Shown: in pieces, positions 60,561 through 64,000 of the stretch | Numbering within the stretch: the stretch's first letter is position 1 | Layout: each line of letters opens with the position of its first letter | NCBI RefSeq assembly: GCF_009914755.1 | Contig: NC_060927.1 | DNA: 64,000 nt | Direction: 5' to 3' (one strand) | From: the human T2T-CHM13v2.0 reference genome, Homo sapiens | Program-made: the position numbers and the translations under genes | Notes under the pieces: model-generated | The model's database searches: none | What the model was told of the DNA's origin: nothing | What the model saw: the letters and a program-made list of their open reading frames with translations, nothing else

Positions 60561-62017
60561 ACCTAACTTCTCCTCTGATTCTAGATTCATCTTCATTGTA
60601 GAAGACAATGGAAAAGCAACAGCATCCTTCAAGTTTTCTTGGATATAACCTGCAGTGCTATTGAGATTTAGGACTGGAAAATAGCAGAAACCAACTAGAG
60701 CTAGCTGAAGCATAAAGAAAAGAAGATACTGGTTGGGGGTATTTTATAAAAAACTGTATCTGTACATGCAGGTGTGAGGATGCAAAGGAAGCAATGACTG
60801 CCTTCCAAGAAGATCACAGACTTTCCTCTAAGTGAGTCTCGAGCTGTAACTGCATACGAATCACCTGGAGACCTTGTTAAACAGGCACATCATTATTCAA
60901 TAGGTCTGGGATTATAGATCATGTAACAAGCCCCCAGGTGAGTTGATGCCACTGACCCTGACAGCAATTTGAGTAGCAAGATTCAAATGCAGCTATTTTG
61001 ATAACCCAGTCTCTGAAACTTTCACTTCCCAATTTCAGATTTCCAAGAGGGGACATGATTGCCCCAGTTTGGGTCAGGCATCTACCACTCCTGGATCCAT
61101 CCACGACATCCAGCGGTATCAGGTCAAGAAAGAGCAAAATCACTATCACCACCACTAGCACGTAATGAATGTTAACAACTGGCCTTTCCCTGGGCTATGC
61201 ATCTCATACACATTATCTCCTTTAATCTGCAAGTTAACGCTTTGAAGTGAGGGGAGAAAACTGAGGTTTAGAGAAGCCCAGTTGTTAATGAGTGTAAAAG
61301 CTGGTCTTTGGCCACACGGCCTGACTCTAGAGCTCCTGTGTTCTACCAACTTCAAGATTTGGCCAGGAGAGTGGGATCCCTTGGGTTTGTGGGAAGCCAG
61401 TTCTAAGAGGAAGAGGAATCACTGTCACCTGGAGTTGGCCCCTAGATTGACTATATAGCCACTTTATTAGTATTTGTGAACAAAGGTGGGAACAAGTTAG
61501 GTTACTAAAATTTTATGATTTCCCCAATAAATAATACCCCTCTTTCCACCCAACTTCAGAAAAAGGACAGAGATGTCACATGGGAGTCCAAAGTATATAT
61601 AGCATGAAGAGCAGCTAAAAGCAAGGTCTGTGGGACAGTTTAGAAGCCCACTCCTCGCCAGCATGCCCTGGGCCTTGTCTGTATTCCAGACCTGGTACGT
61701 CAGGATCTCCATGTTCCCAGGGTCCCCAGGTGAAGGGTTGGGGTTCACCGACACTACCTGGAATTTCACAAGCAGCTCCAGACAATGGCAGGGCTCTCTC
61801 AGCATTCTTGTTGGTAGGAACCACCAAGCTCAGTTAACCCCGGGGCTGGGGAGCTCACGAAAATGCGTCCTCTCTGCAGCCAGGCTGATTGAAAGAGGCA
61901 GAAGAGGATTCTCTGACAAGGGGAAGAGGCGGGGAGGGGCCAGAGAGAGCTCTGCGGTTCTCCTGCCTCACGCTGCATATTATTAAAGTATCACCTGGGA
62001 ACGAAAAAAATCAATAA

Positions 62018-62371
<354 letters not shown>

Positions 62372-62535
62372 TAGGGTGGGCCAATTACAATATGTTTTTA
62401 AAAAGTCTTCTTAGATGGATATAACATACACTGGTCTAGCTTCAGTCCCTCTGTGGAGACAGGAGTGGGGAGTCAGCGTGCCTTCTTAACAATTACTCTC
62501 CTACTTTACTGTGGCGTGAGGGAAAGGTATTAGAG

Positions 62536-62890
62536 CAGGGCTTCTCAGACTTTAATGTGCCTAAGCATCAGCTGAGGATCCTGTGCAGGTGAAGATTGTG
62601 ATTTGGTAGTCCTGGCTGGGACCTGGAACACTGCCTTTCTAAGCAGCTCCCGGGGGTGCTTGCAGCTGGTCCTTGTACCACACTCTGAGCAGCAGGGAGC
62701 TACATCAGGGGTTCTCGGCATGCAGTAGAGTCACCAGAGACACCTGCTCATGTGCAGGGCCCCAGCATTCCTAGCTCAGAAATTCTGATCCTGTGGGTGT
62801 GGGGAAGGGGTCAGGAATCTTCATTTTTAACAGCCATTTCTGGGGCAGGTGATTGAGTGACTGGAGAGCTCCATGTTGACAAACACTGGG
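62536..62890. mobile_element. Two adjacent MER5-type MITEs
   Basis: cagggcttctcagactttaatgtgc...accacactctgag and caggggttctc...ggaatcttcatttttaaca...aaacactg. Confidence 0.65.
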
Positions 62891-63099
62891 CTACAGAAGT
62901 ATAATAAAACCTGAGAAATGCTATTACGAAAACAGGAAAAGAGAGAACATCTGATTAATACTCTGTTCTCAACAGTCAATATCCTGATCTAGTAGAGCTA
63001 TCATTACTTCAATGTCATTATTCAGGGTAATTTTGAATAAGACTTTACCTCCCCGAGTCCTTCCCCTCAAGAATCTCTGCTGAGTAGAGATTTTTAAAA

Positions 63100-63370
63100 C
63101 AACCAGAACATGTTAGTCTCTCTCGATAGAGAGAGAGAGAGAGATGAAAGAGAAATTTATTCTCTCAGCATTTTGGGGCCAGAAGTTCAAAATCAAGATG
63201 TGGGCAGGGTTGATCCCTTCTAGAAGCTAAAAAGAAAAACATGCTCCACGCCTCTCTTTCCTAGTTTTCGGTGGCTTCTGACAATCCTTGCATCCTTGGC
63301 TTGTGGATGTGTTACTCCAATAGCTGCATCCATAGTCAAATGACTCATTTTCTCTCTGTGTCTGTGTCTG
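63100..63370 (-). mobile_element. MLT1-type MaLR LTR fragment
   Basis: agaaatttattctctcag...ggccagaagttcaaaatcaagatgtgggcaggg...ccttggcttgtg. Confidence 0.7.
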
Positions 63371-63441
63371 TTAGTGCATAATTTTATTTCAGAATTCTAA
63401 ATTGCCTTCAGATTTGGACAACTTTTCCTCTTCATTTGGTG

Positions 63442-64000
<559 letters not shown>

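Overview
Human genomic DNA (dense Alu content, including a human-specific AluYb8), recognisable as the ARL6IP5/LMOD3 locus on chr3p14. The + strand carries exons 2 and 3 of ARL6IP5 (JWA/PRAF3); exon 1 lies upstream of the window. The - strand carries the complete three-exon coding sequence of LMOD3 (leiomodin-3; 294+1362+27 nt = 560 aa plus stop). The two genes are tail-to-tail, and their distal poly(A) hexamers face each other within about 40 bp near 12.86-12.90 kb. From about 30 kb to the end of the window the sequence looks intergenic and is a mosaic of Alu, L1, L2/MIR, MaLR/ERVL LTRs and DNA-transposon fossils. I found no convincing new gene or biological system. The most notable observations are: an Asp at LMOD3 codon 293 where I recall Gly in the reference; the interlocked bidirectional poly(A) site; a chimeric AluYb8/AluJ element; an 84-bp hairpin and a candidate CTCF site in LMOD3 intron 1; a forkhead-motif cluster near 50 kb; and a probable hAT transposase fossil near 60 kb. 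Repeat boundaries and subfamily calls were made by eye and are approximate.
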